From NCBI RefSeq assembly GCF_964213995.1, contig NC_135830.1, forward strand, positions 2,914,001 to 2,978,000: a stretch of 64,000 bases of DNA, read 5' to 3'. A program made the translations under genes and the position numbers. This document shows, piece by piece, positions 1 through 12,925 of this stretch. Each line of letters opens with the position of its first letter. Within the stretch, counting starts at the first letter, position 1. This DNA comes from Mustelus asterias. Lineage: Eukaryota. The notes below the pieces were generated by a model. It was not told the DNA's origin and searched no databases. It saw nothing but the letters and a program-made list of their open reading frames with translations.

Positions 1-1134
1 GTGAGGCAGCAGTGCTAACCACTGTTCCACTGTGCTACAGCATTTGAATTTAATTCATATGTTAACCAGTCCGATTTATTGTCTGCCATTTCCAGAACAT
101 TAATTCGTTGTGCTATGAGACTGGAGTTCAGAATACTCCCGCCAGAGAATTTGGTTATTTCATTTTACAGATATATCCATTCCTTCGCCGGCCCCGAGTG
201 GAAGGAACGCTTTATGACCCTAGCAAGAGTGCATGACTAAAATTAGCTGGTTCCAACAATAATGAATAAACGTCTATTTACAAGAATGAAACTGGGAACA
301 TCCTGAACAGAAGCATGCACTATATACAGGATTAAATCACTCGCCAATCACACGCAAAATCGAATAACAGATAAGCAATACAGGGAGTGGTGTAATGTCA
401 CAAAAACAGAAAATGCTGGAAAATTACAGCCGGTCTGACAGCATCTCTGGAGGGAGAGTAGAGCCAATGCTTCGAGTCAAAATAACCTTTCGTCAGAGCT
501 GCAGAGATTTTGCGACATTTTTTGTTTTTATTTCAGATTCCTACATTCGCAGTATTTTGCTTTTATCTATGTGCAATGTCACATTTCGGCTTCACATTTC
601 AACTTTGCATCTTCAGTGCAGTTTATCATCGAGCGTTAGAATCGATCGATATTTAATTTTTTTGTTAAATAACACATGAATACGTTTGTGTTATAGGACT
701 TTAATTGAATCCGGGGAATGTTATTATACGACATGGACACAAAGTTGATAGACTGATGCTAGATTTCGTTGGTGTTTAAGATACTGTAGCTTTTCTAATC
801 TTCTGTTTCATGTTACAAAAGTGGTATATCACTGTTACAATTGTCATGTTCCTCGGTTAGTATTATCTTGTAGAATCTATACCAGAATAACTTGCATCAA
901 TTTATGGTGCCTCCAATTTTCAGAAATACAAATAATTTTCCACGTGATTCAGTTTTCTGTGAGTACGAAATGAAAATGAAGTTCACAATTCACGAGAACT
1001 GTTTTAATCTTAAGCATTGCCTATCATGGAGCCATAGGACCTTTAAACCATCGAGCCACAGCACAGTTTGAGATTTTGACGCCTGCGGTGCCAGTCTTGG
1101 TTCTTGTCAAGAAGCAGTTTGGTGGCTCAACTCG

Positions 1135-1380
1135 TAGATTCATAGAATCATTCAGTGCAGAAGGAGGTCATTAGGCCAACCGAGTCTGCACCGAGCACAA
1201 TCTCACCCAGACCCTATCCCCATAACCCCACGCATTTAACTTTGCTTGTCCCCCTGACAATAAGCGTCAATTTAGCATGGCTAATCCACCTAACCCGCAC
1301 AGCTTTGGACTGTGGGAGGAAAACGGAGCACCCGGGGGAAACCCACGCAGACACAGGGTGAATGTGCAAACTATGCACAG
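1135..1380 (-). mobile_element. V-SINE/HE1-type tRNA-derived SINE (partial)
   Basis: Core TGCGTGGGTTTCC..CCCACAGTCCAAA on the minus strand. Confidence 0.85.
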
Positions 1381-2039
1381 ACTCCCATCACATTTCTCCG
1401 TAGCCCTGCACATGTATCTCCAGATCCCCAAAGAATTCCCTTCAGAACATCCTTCGCCCTGTTTCCAATACACATTCAAGAAGTGTCACTGATTTCTCCA
1501 ATAACCACTGAAGAAAAATGGTTTGGCTCATGTCGCCATTGGTTCTTCTGTCTTTCGCTATAAAATAGCGTGTCACTATTCAAGACATCTAAATGGACGG
1601 GAACTTTTCTCTTCCCAACTGGACCTTTATTATTTGATCACATCTCTTCAACCATTCTTTTCTCAGGGATAAACCCCAATTTCCCTAATCTGTCCACTTG
1701 AACAAAATTTGTATCTTTTTGCTGCTGCATCCTTTCCGAAACAATTTTACTAAATTTCAAGAATCGTAACTTGATTCAGTATTCCAGTTCATTAGAAAAC
1801 CTTTTACTTTCCATGTCATGCTTCAACACACTCTGTCTCTATCAAGCCCAGTGTAATGAATGCAATGTAAAACATTGTCTCAACATTGTCCCCCTCCCCC
1901 CCCCCCATCCCCGCCCACTCCTCCCCCCGCCCCACCCAGGCTTCATCAAGCTCGGCACATATCGCTCCACTTTCCACTGTGCATCCAGCACGTTTCAATT
2001 GTATGAGGGTCAACATGATTTCTGAAGGGCAAATCATGT

Positions 2040-3315
2040 TTGACTTATTTGTTGAGGATCTTTCAAGATGCATCAAGCAAAGTGGGTAACGCTAATTATG
2101 CAATTACTTGGACACCCAGAAGACATTTGGTAAGATGCCTCACAAAATATTGTTACACAAGTTAAGATACCATGTGTTTGGATAGAGAATTGCCTAACCA
2201 ACAGAAAGCAAACAGATGGGACGCCTCTATGTTTGTCTGGCTGGCAAGCTATGACTCAAGGCTTGCCACAGGGTGCAACTCTCGGGCTCTAACTATTTAT
2301 AATCCATATTAATGACTTGGAGGCAGGGACAGAATGTTGTACAAGTAAACACGACAGCAAATTAAGTTGGACGGCAAGTTGCAAATAGAAAATAAGACAT
2401 TTAGAAATGGATAAGGTGAGTGGGCAGAAACGTAGCAAATGGAATTTAATGTGGATAAGGGTGAGTTTATGCGTTTTGATCAGAGGAACAAGAATGTAAT
2501 TTATTATCTAAATGGAGAGGAACTTCAAAATGCTTCGGGAGGGAGTGCAAAGGATATGCGTGTCCTCGTGCCTGAATCGCAGTAAACTTCATGATGTAAT
2601 AGGGAAGGCAAATGGATTTTTGGCATTCATTGCTAGTGGAATAGAATATCAAAGTAAGAATGGTGCTCTTGCAGCTCAATAGGACATTTGTGGGACCGCA
2701 TCTGGAATACAGCACACAGTTTCGGTCCTCTTACTTGAGGACGGATGCAAATGCTTTGAGACCAGTGATGAGAATGCTCACCAGATTAATTCCAGGGAGG
2801 GAGGACTTGAATCATGAAGAGAGATTGAATAGTTCATGCCTATGCTTAGTGCAGTTTTGAAAAATCAGCAAAGCTCTAACTGAACCATAGGATCAGTCTT
2901 AGAATCACTCCACTATAGAAGGAAGCCATTCGGTCCATCCAATCTGCAATAGAGCACCTCACCCAGGCATATTCCCCGCCTTATCCCTGTAACTCTGCAC
3001 ATTTACCAGGCTAATTCAGGTAGAGCAGATACTTCCACTTGTTGGGCGTTCTAAGGCGAGAGGCCATCATTTTAAGCTAATGTGTGGCTGATTAAAATGA
3101 TAGAAAATACTTTACTAAACATGTGATGAATCTGTGGACTTCCCTATCCCAGAGTTCAGTTACCGCTGTATTTCACAGCGCGATGAAGGGTTATATGGAC
3201 CTTGCAGTAAGGTAGAGATGAGGTCGAGATGAGATCTACAATGATCGGATTAAATTGTGTGGCAGGTTTGAGCAGCTGAATTGCCTTCCCCTGTTCCTAT
3301 TTCATATGTTCTTAC
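2040..3315 (+). mobile_element. Degenerate CR1 LINE ORF2 3' portion with nested SINE tail (~2900-3015)
   Basis: FVGPHLEYSTQF..LTRLIPG RT C-terminal motifs and CR1-type 3' tail. Confidence 0.85.
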
Positions 3316-4919
3316 ATACTCCTTACAGCCCGTTGCCTCTCCGATTCCATCAAACTATAGCACTTCGAATATGTCCACAACAAATATAATAAATTATTTC
3401 TCAGCCCCTTCGCCAACCTGTTTATGTGTCATTTAAGCCCAACACTGCACTCTTAATCTTTGTCAATGTTCTCGGTTTTCTGTGATATATAAAGGGTGAA
3501 CTTTCAAGTCATGAGAATATATGAAGATAAACAGTAATCTCTGTGCCCGTCCTTGGTTCATCTAAATTTGACCAAGTCACTGCTTCTTGGTTCAAAATTA
3601 ACAATTTAAATTAACAAATTAAATTAATATTAAATGATATATTTGATTATTCAAACTTGTGGTTATGGTAATACTTTAGATTTCTTTGGAGGCACATGAC
3701 TGAAAGTGATTTCATTGAGCATTTCATGGTGATACGTAACTCATCATGTCACCTCACTGAATCAACCGTCAGTGCACACGGACAGACAGTCTGACCTGGA
3801 AATATGCCAGGTCCAATAGAATAGCTGTTGATGCCTGAATCGTGCCAACATTGGCATTTCCCAAATCCCATGGTGCAGGCACACTCCAAAGCACGTTAGC
3901 AGTCTCCTGCCTGAATAAATACCCCAAACAGATTCCCCTCTACACACTGAGACAATCTCCAACCTGGATAGTAATAACATCCAATGAACAGCTGTTCTCC
4001 AATCTTGCAAACACTATCCAGCATAGAAATACCGCACATGCCATGAATGGGTAGCGCCAGCAGCTGGATATATGAAATTTTAGCAACATTTCCTTCACTA
4101 ACAGCGTGTTAGTCGTGGTGCTCATCCAAAACAGATTACGTGATGATGTGTTCCTTCAGCTACTACCGGCTTTGCTTTCCATTGTCTGTTTGAAATTTCA
4201 GAACGCTGATGTATGAATGGCTTGCATTGCAGCTTAGTACTCCTCTCAGCACACAGAGTACTGTAGAAACATTAACCAAAATATGTGCTTTGAAATTTGG
4301 GCGTTGTAGTATTTGTATGCCTTTAATTTTCATTTCACAAAAGATAACTCCCCTCATTTCAGAAAGTGGGTGTATTTAAATGGTGGGTCTAGAAAATGTC
4401 CGGCCGAAGAGGCATTTGCTGTTAGTTCAGCCTCGAGCGAGGGGTATGAAAATTCAAAGGGGAACAATAAATAATTACCCACGAGATGAAAATTTACTGC
4501 TACCATTGGCACCAAAAATTGCATCAGCTGAATCATTGTAGACTTCATAATTCTAAGAATTCAATCCATGTACCCCCATTCCCTGTTGCCCACCATTAGT
4601 GGGGAAACAGAAATCACGATGCAGAAGAAGCCCGAATTACATTCATTTTAATGTTATGACTGTAAATCTGAATGAAATTACAACGCTAGACGGGGACGAG
4701 GACATGTTGGAATTGGGTACATGGAGAGTGATTTGCAAAATGAAGCGCGAATAGATATAGACTAATATCATTCAGCAAGCACATTGGTGATGATTGAATG
4801 GAGCGTGCTGCGAGTTAGGATAGAGACAACAGGTTCTTAGATCATGTAAGTCCTCCAGAGGCTGGGAATTGGGAGGCCCGCCAGGAGAGAACGTGAAAGT
4901 GTTGGGACGTGGGCTCAAT

Positions 4920-5210
4920 TACGGTCTCGGGTCACTGTCTGTGTGGAATTTGCACGTTCTCCCCGTGTCTGCTTGGGTTTCTTCCGGGTGCTCCCGTTTC
5001 TTCCCACAGTCCAAAGATGTATGAGATAGGTTGATTGGCCGTGCAAAATTACCCCTTCGTGTCGGGGGGGGGGGGGGGGGGGTGGGGGGGTGGATTAACA
5101 AAGTAAATACGTGAGTGTAAGGGGTTAGGGCCTGGGTGGAATTGTTTTCGTTGCGGGGTCAGTGGCCGAATTGCCTCCCTCTTCACTGCAGTGATTCGAT
5201 GATTCGATGC
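4920..5210 (+). mobile_element. V-SINE/HE1-type SINE
   Basis: GGTCACTGTCTGTGTGGA..CCCACAGTCCAAAGATGT core. Confidence 0.85.
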
Positions 5211-5796
5211 ATTTAGACTTGGAAGATATTTCCTGCAGCAGTTTGGAATGGTGAAGAATTAATTCAAATTTCAGAACGCCAAATAGGCAGTCACAGTGAC
5301 GGATTAGGTGAGCTCAGGTTGAATTAGGATTCAGCGTCTGCAAACCTCGGTTTGTCCTTTGATACAGTCCAGTGAGAAGGATGGTGTAGCGGGGAAAGGC
5401 TGATCCTTGCGCAACTCCAGGGAAATTCCTATGGAATGGGACGGGTTACATCAGAAGAACTGAGTAAGAATGATTGGAAGAGGCAATCAGTGGTTTTAGA
5501 GAATGATTGCAGAACTAAATGGTGACCTGATGTTCTTCTTCCACCATTGCACATTCTGTCCACCAGTTAGAAAATTCATGGATCAAATACCAATCACAGG
5601 AGCAAGCAAACATGCTAAAGATTCTACTGATCAGGTTCACAACGACCCCAGTGTCTCAATGTGTGGGCCTGGAAACGGGTTGCACTGCTGAAATATCAGG
5701 CTGTAGATATCACACGGTTCAACTGCTAATTCATTATTGCAGATGTTACATGCATAGAAACCATGAAGTGGGGAGTCAGAAGGTTTTCAACCTGCA

Positions 5797-5802
5797 TTTA
5801 TT
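5797..5802 (-). promoter_or_regulatory. Candidate polyadenylation signal for the secretory IgNAR mRNA
   Basis: First AATAAA seen on the minus strand downstream of the secretory stop, about 320 nt away. Confidence 0.45.
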
Positions 5803-6123
5803 GCAGTTAGCAGAGCCACATTCAAACTAAATCACAATTTCCTGCGCATTCAAAAACGTCACCAAACCCTACAAGCAACCTTGAGAATGATTACGTATTT
5901 CAGACGGAAGTAAGTGCACTCTTTTGTTGGATTCTAATCGGAAATATCCTGATTTTCCAGGCGTACTTTCAGGTATGATGAAGCTACATAATGTGTCGCT
6001 CATGTTGGGGTAACAACGATATGTTAAAATGGGATATTCGGTGACCTCGTTGCTTAAACATTTATGGCCATAACAACACTAAAACATCCGTAGGAAAACA
6101 AATAACAGGCAAAACAGACCGTG

Positions 6124-6506
6124 CTATGCACAGGGTTGAAAACTCTCAGCTAGAACAAGTGAAACGTTAACCAATGTAGGTTTACCGTGGGATTTATTTA
6201 TACTTCTGATTAAATTCCTTTTGAGGGACGGATGTCCCAGTAAACAGGAATAGTTGTTGCCACTGTTCCACTCCCCCGCCGTGAGTCTCAACCTGCTGGC
6301 GATTGAAAAGGATTCATTCCCGTTCTCTCTCTCCGATTGGCTCGGGTAACCCGAATCCAACAGTGTGTCATTGACCATCCAAGCAACGTAAATATCAGCG
6401 GGATAAAAACCTGTTGCCAGACACACCAGGGTAGCTGACTTCTCAGTGCTAATCTCTTCCACTGATGGAGGCAGAAGGTAGACTTTAGGAGGATGCATTT
6501 CACCAA
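6124..6506 (-). CDS. IgNAR: Ig constant exon, IgNAR C5-like, with secretory tail
   Basis: TTTACAG acceptor at 6507. Encodes GEMHPPKVYLLPPS..ATLVCLATGFYPA..YSCLLGHPSL and tail HGKPTLVNVSLVLAESFQPCA-stop (NVS sequon, penultimate Cys). Internal G|GTAAA donor at 6185 is where a TM form would splice. Confidence 0.95.
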
Positions 6507-6883
6507 CTGTAAAGAGATCAATATTCGTTAAGGTGAGTATTTATATTCTCCAGTCTTCACTACATTTTTCTCTCTGTTCTTAATAGTATTTATGTAGAAC
6601 GTCATTGCTGTCCCCTATCTGTGAAAGTTTAGATAATACCCTACTTGGCTAATGGTCAATTTAATATTCCGTGTTTTTGTCGAGGTCCCATTTTGATCAA
6701 ATGATATGCAGGCAATTACATCCTTTAAAATGCAGCAGGGCTGCGGGAATGAAACATTCATATTGATCATGCCAGACTTCACACTTGTGGATATTATGAT
6801 ACAAGTATTTGATATAGAAACCAAGTCATTTGTGTAAGCTTTATCACCAGATCAGTATCTGAATAAATATTATCTCTGCTTAC

Positions 6884-7204
6884 TCTTTAGTTTCCTGGTG
6901 TACTTCTTCTCTGGTGTTGGTAATTCTCTGTTTTCTATGATGCAGGCATATTCCACCCCACTGTCCCACTCTGCCACGGTGACTTTCAGTTTGCTCACGA
7001 TACTAGATTTACTGCCAGTCCAATTCGGATCCTGAGTCTCCACTCCTTCCGTTCTCCCATTCCCATTCGCTTCCCAGGACACGCTGACATTTTCTAAATC
7101 GCTGTAAAAGATCTCACAGACAATGGTCGCTGTCTGCTGTGTCCAAATCTCTTCAAAGGAAGGCTTCAGTATTTTGACGGAAATGTCCATCTCACGGCAA
7201 TCAC
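6884..7204 (-). CDS. IgNAR: Ig constant exon, IgNAR C4-like
   Basis: TTCAG acceptor at 7205, GTAAGC donor at 6883, 321 nt. Encodes GDCREMDISVKILKPSFEEIWTQQTATIVCEIFYSDLEN..VSKLKV..EWDSGVEYAC and keeps the N-terminal extra Cys. Confidence 0.93.
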
Positions 7205-8089
7205 CTGAACAGAATTAGGAACGTTTATTTCAATTTGTCATGCCGAAATCAAGGATATGTCGAGAATAAAGCACTTATTTGAAGGGTTTAGGGAATAGTT
7301 GCAATTGCAAAATGGTCAGCTTTTGGTAGTGGAATCAAGTCTTCGGAGGAAAAGGAAATGTGTTAATGTAATTGCTGAACAAATAAAATGAATTAGTTGC
7401 TAAAATAAAACAACAGATGGGGCGACACCACTGCGATACCTACGTGTCCCCAATAGCAGAAATGTTATATGCAGGAACGGGTTGAATTCATCAATGAAAC
7501 TGTCGACTAAGTACTCTAACATAAGGACAATGACTCATTCCTAGCATTTCTTGGGACATTGAATGTTGCTGTAAAAATAGCTGCATGTATTGTTACTACT
7601 GGGCAGACTTCCCTGAGGAAACTTACCCTCACTGATCATTTTCAGCGAGTCAGCAGATAATGTGAGTGTCGGTGTGACTGCAGCAGTGTCCGGTCCATTC
7701 CTGCCGTCAGACCTCAACCTTTCTTTCCCAAATCGGTTGGGGTAACAAATATAGTACAGCAGATAATGTGGACAACTCTGTCTCTGGCCGCTGTATACAG
7801 TTGGTGGAAGGCTGATTACAATCGCCAGGTAACGGTGCAGTGAAGGGAGACAACTATTTATCGTTCCTACTTTATGCCATTGGATGCTTGTTAAGTTGAG
7901 GCAACACGTACATTGAGTATTAATCACTTTAATTTCAGCGAACTGCCAGCGAGTTAAGAATGTATAAATATACTTTCATACGTGTTGTATTACTGAAACC
8001 TACAGGGATTTAATGATTGTTTGATGATGCGTGCAGATTCAAATAGCAAGCACTGACTTTGTGTATGTATTCTCAGAAATTGTCCTTAC

Positions 8090-8407
8090 CTTTTGGGTAG
8101 CTGATCGTTCTCGTTTGATTGGATTGTGAGGGTGGATGGAAGGCAGTACAGGTATATTTTGCTCCACTCTTCCAGTCCACTGCAGGTATAATAAGGTGGC
8201 TCCTTGTGCTAAAAGTCCTGTCCTGTTCCCGAGCCGAGGGGAAGTTGACGATTTTTGAAGTCAAACCAATGCCGCTCTTCTTCCAGGAAATGGTTATATT
8301 GTCCGGGGAGTATCCTCTTATCAAGCATGTGAGAGTAGCAGCTCTGGAACTTTCAATCTCCTCTGGTGATGGAGGCAGGAGGCGGAGATTGAGTTTTACT
8401 GGCTCGG
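8090..8407 (-). CDS. IgNAR: Ig C1-set constant exon, IgNAR C3-like
   Basis: TTACAG acceptor at 8408, GTAAGG donor at 8089, 318 nt. Encodes EPVKLNLRLLPPSPEEI..ATLTCLIRG..W..NFPSAREQDRTFSTRS..WKSGAKYTCTAFHPPSQS, which matches IgNAR C3 motifs. Confidence 0.92.
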
Positions 8408-8544
8408 CTGTAATAGAAGACCAAATGGGTGAGCCTTCCCGCTATTTCCATTAGAAAACAAAGTGATGTATATTTACCAGCTTTTATCTTGCCTGTCCTT
8501 TTTAATCGGTTGATAGAGTCACAGTGTCCCTGTTAATCGGTTGA

Positions 8545-9085
8545 TAGAGTCATAGCGTTTGACAGCAAGGAAGCAGGCGGTTCGGCCCAACTTGTCCATG
8601 CCGCCCCCTTTTTTAATGACTTAAGTAGTCCTAATTGCCCGTGGTTGACCCATATCGTCGATATCCATCTTACTCATGCTAAATGTCTAAACGCTTTCTA
8701 AAAGACAAAATTGTACCCGCCTCGACTACTACTTCTGGCAGCTTGTTCCAGACACTCACCACCGCCTGTGTGAAAAAATTGCCCCTCTGGACATTTCTGT
8801 ATCTCTCCCCTCTCACCTTAAATCTATGCCCTCTAATTTTAGACTCCCCTACCTTTGCGGAAAGATACTGACTATCTGGCTGATCTACGTCCCTTATTAT
8901 TTTACAGACCTCCATAATAAAATCACCCCTAAACCTTCTGGTCTCCAGAGAAAAAAGTCCCTGTCTATCCAGCCTCTCTTTATAACTCAAACCATCAAGT
9001 CCTGGTAGCATCCTAGTAAATCTCTTCTGCATTCTTTCTAGTTGAATAATATCCTTTCTTTAATAGGGTGACAAGAACTTATGCT
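8545..9085 (-). mobile_element. CR1 LINE 3' fragment
   Basis: QKRFTRMLPGLDGLSYKERL..GHRFKV..NFFTQAVVSVWN. Confidence 0.9.
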
Positions 9086-9479
9086 CAGGTATTGAACTCA
9101 ATCCTGTCTTCTGCCGTTGGTTCGAACTGCCTCAGTCGTTTTCTTTCCAGCCACTTTCTAAGCGATTACAACCTCAGTGGAAAGTATAGAAACTACTTCA
9201 CACATCGGGGTGGCAATTTTATTGATTCACATTTCAACAACGGAAGGGTCTATTAGAAACACAGCGAGCTCTGTCAGTGAGAAACAACAGAGTCAGAATC
9301 GTGGCAATGTTTTCATGATGACCATACCGAAGATTTAGAAATAATTTTAACAGAAGTGATAGGAAGTGACATTGTGTTACTCAATGGTAATCATAAAAAT
9401 CCTTCAATTTTTCTTCAAGGTGCGTTTAGTTGCATCACAAAATTCTCTGAATCATTTCAACTTTACAAAGAACAGAAAA

Positions 9480-9780
9480 AAGTTTATTTATTAATCACAT
9501 GTAGGCTTATTAAACACTCCAATGAAGTGACTGTGAAAATCCCTTAGTCGACACACTCCACCGCCTGTTCAAGTGTACGGATGGAGAATTTAGAATGGCC
9601 CATGCACCTAACCAGCATATCTTTCGGACAGCTGGAGGAAACTAGAGAACCCGGAGGAAACCCACCTAGATAGGAGGAGAACATGCAGGCTCCGCACAGA
9701 TAGTGACCCAAGCCAGGAATTGAACCGGGTCGATGACACTGTGGGGGAGCAGTGCTAACCATTGTGCCACCACGCCACCG
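9480..9780 (-). mobile_element. V-SINE variant
   Basis: tRNA head and V-core with an alternative 3' tail. A related copy lies at ~20690-20970. Confidence 0.8.
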
Positions 9781-10152
9781 GTGAGGGAAAAGGAGACCAT
9801 GAACAAAAGAGGGAAAGAAACAAAAAGGCAAATAGCTGTTGCACCGAGAGTGTAAGCCAGAAAGAGATGCTAATGGCGATGGGCAGGCAAAGAAACAAAG
9901 ATACTCAGAGGGGGGTGCAGAAAGAGGTGGATACAGATCGAAATAGTGAAGAAGTGGCATTGCTGAAAAAGAAACATTGTGTCGAAAAATTTCATCAGTT
10001 CCATCAGAAAGATACCAATTAAGGGACAAAACAACAAATATAAGCTGTATCGGAAGAGACTGCTGATTGTTTGGCACCTGGACTTTGATTGTTGGAAGTG
10101 TTCCATTGAGAATTCACCAGTTGGTGCTGACTAAAGGTTAATTGCCAAACAT

Positions 10153-10316
10153 NNNNNNNNNNNNNNNNNNNNNNNNNNNNNNNNNNNNNNNNNNNNNNNN
10201 NNNNNNNNNNNNNNNNNNNNNNNNNNNNNNNNNNNNNNNNNNNNNNNNNNNNNNNNNNNNNNNNNNNNNNNNNNNNNNNNNNNNNNNNNNNNNNNNNNNN
10301 NNNNNNNNNNNNNNNN
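10153..10316. other. Assembly gap (164 N)
   Basis: Run of N. Confidence 1.
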
Positions 10317-10710
10317 ATAGATAGACAGAAAAAGAGAGCTAGAGAGAGACAGAGACAGAGACATAGAGAGGCAGAGGGAGAGAGAGAGATGGAGACAGTT
10401 AGAATCAGAGAAAGAGAGATGCAGAAGGAAAGGGAAGAATGTAATGAGAAGTGTGATATAAATCACAGGGATGAAGGGAGATAGGGAGGGAGAGCGTGGC
10501 CGATGGGAAGAGAAAAGCGACAAGCAGAAGGAGAAATAACGGCAGCAGAGCAGAGAGACAAAAAGAGAGGCAGCGAGGGCAAGATATAGACCTCCGCCTT
10601 GACCACAGAGTGAGAAATGGGGAGTTACAGCGATGACAACAGAAGGATAGAGAGGGATAGTAATGTACAGCCTGAGAGGGATAGACAGACATCAACACAG
10701 ACAGAGCGGG
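10317..10710 (+). repeat. GA/GACA-rich low-complexity tract next to the gap
   Basis: Degenerate (GA)n/(GACA)n purine-rich sequence. Confidence 0.85.
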
Positions 10711-11479
10711 CGATAAAGAATTTTTGAGGCAGAGTCAATGATTTCAAAAGCAGAGAGTGTGATTGGGTCATCATGCCTTATGGGTCTTTTAACGATCCAA
10801 CCAAATAGTCATGTTTCCCTTCCCATCTGCTAACTGGTCACAGTTGACAATTCTCCCAGGCCTTGTACCGTCTTACTGAAGCGACCTTAAGCGCCACAAA
10901 AAAAAACTTTCAATCCAATGGTCATTTCCCTCTACTTATTCTCCGACTGACACGAATTCCACTTGGTCCATTTCCTTTCTAACAAGCAGATCCAGCTGTG
11001 TTTGATCTCTCGGTGGACTGGAAACCTGGATATCGTACAATCACGGCCATAAAAATGTTCATTGGCAGAAAAGCAATTAGCGGGAACTGTTGTTTCATGT
11101 TCATTCGAAAGAAGCCAATAAGAGACAGGGCCAGTTCGTGTAAATGAAATAACAGGATGGCTGCAACAATATTTACTAAAGCTCCATGCCATCACACGAC
11201 AATGTGATTGGTACAATTTGCTCGTGACTAAAATAAGCATGCAGTAAATCGTTCCAAAGCGCCATGAAATGTGTTATAGGTCAGAGCGAGTGATGGCTGT
11301 AAATGTGCTCAAGGGCAAAATCATATAAGCAAATGCATTTGAAGTATATGCGGAACGGAAGGTAGGCAGGGTTGGGTTGGATTTGTGAAGGGAATGAGAG
11401 GGTAACTCAAGAATGAATAAAGTCAAGGAAAACAAGTGATATGTGTCCAGATGTAATGAAATAATGTATATAGTTTGTG

Positions 11480-11800
11480 TTTGGCATCGTGGCACAATGG
11501 TTAGCACTGCTACCTCGTAGCATCAGGGACCTGGGTTCCATTCCGGCCTCGGGTCACTGTCTATGTGTTGTTTGCAAGTTCTCCATTTGTCTGCGTGGGC
11601 TTCCTCCGGGTGCTTCGATTTCCTCCCACATTCGAAAAATGTGCGGGTTAGGTTGGTGGGCCATGCTAAATTGGCCCTAATGTCTGGGGGATTAGCAGAC
11701 TAAATATGTGGGGTTGCAAGAATCGGGCCTGCGTGGATTTGTGGTCGCTGCAGATTTGAAGGGCCGAATGGCCTCCTCATGCATTGTAGGGATTTTATGA
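11480..11800 (+). mobile_element. V-SINE/HE1-type SINE
   Basis: GGCACAATGGTTAGCACTGCT head, core and tail. Confidence 0.88.
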
Positions 11801-12853
11801 AATTTTGGATGCTGAAAAAAATAGTCAACTCCTTATAACAATCAAAGGGACGGTAATGAAATAACTACCTGGAAACAAACACATTTATTAGCAGGAAGGT
11901 AAGTAATGGATTCACAATTCTTGGGTAACATTATTCTGTGAATATTCCTCACTGATATATTCATGCCTTTGTTTTACTCATTGTTTCCTGTATAAGGATG
12001 CAATTAATTGAATTTACTGCAGAAATCACCTTTGGCCATTTCAGGGTAGAACATTAAATTCTATTCAATCTAGCAGACCATAAAGGGACTAACACCTATT
12101 TACCTGGTCAGATTAAAGCAATGAACACTACCACAGGAGAGTCGTAACATTTTAGCATTGTGCAAAGTGAAGAACATGAGTTGATTTGGGAGACTTTTCC
12201 ACGATTGCACAATGGCCATGGGAGATTGGATTGGAACCAATCGAGTTGTTTTGCTGCGTGAGTTCCTGGATCAATAGAACAGGTTTCATTTCAATAACTG
12301 ACTCTTTTATCTTGGTGACGAAACATTGACCATCAGCAATGTTTCCACGCCTTAACATTCCCCTTAAAATCCTGAATTCCTCACTCATTACTCAGGAGTT
12401 CCACAGAAGAAAATATCGTAAGTTTCATGTCATCAGCCATTCTGGTATGAGGGTCTCTTATCTGGTAAGCTTTGTCGTGTGTTGTCTCCAAATGATAGCA
12501 TGCAGTGCAGTTTGAGTATATTTGGTGGGATGGTCCTAATCGGGCACGGTTTAGAGTTTGTACCTTAATTTAGAGCTTTTGGTTTGTGGCCTGCGTTGGC
12601 TGTGAACCGAGCAGAATACAAAAAGCAATCTCATTGGCAGCAATTGCCCCTTCCCCATTGTAAGTTGAAACCTGGCACCGAATCAAGGTGACATGTCGCC
12701 GTGAGGCATCCAGAATGTTAGCAAGCTGGTAGGTTGAATTCTGTGAGCAGAGTTACGCAGCTCGAACAATGAAATCACTTAGCATACTATTCCAATTTTT
12801 ACAGAGCCAAAACAATGTTGGATTCCATGAAGATATACCACGAAACAAAGATA

Positions 12854-12925
12854 CACGTGATTGTCAATAGAGACACCACTCGTTTACGATGTGGCATTTA
12901 TATTAATTTTTTTTTAAATGCAAAT
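12854..12925. promoter_or_regulatory. Possible intronic enhancer motif cluster in the V-C intron
   Basis: CACGTG E-box (12854-12859), muE3-like GATGTGGC (12888-12895) and a perfect octamer ATGCAAAT (12918-12925), all in non-repetitive intron sequence. Confidence 0.3.

Noticed and set aside
3565-3590. Minus-strand GCAGTGACTTGGTCAAA resembling AVTLVK of an Ig TM
   Set aside because: Needs a frameshift and has no upstream TM sequence; probably chance.
3940-4125. Hydrophobic ORF as the IgNAR TM exon
   Set aside because: No conserved Ig TM (CART) residues and no KVK-type tail.
7541-7927. 128-aa ORF between C3 and C4
   Set aside because: No Ig motifs; an intronic chance ORF.
10932-11240. Cys/Trp-containing ORF as a missing C1 or C2 exon
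   Set aside because: No C1-set spacing or YxC motif, and no convincing splice sites.
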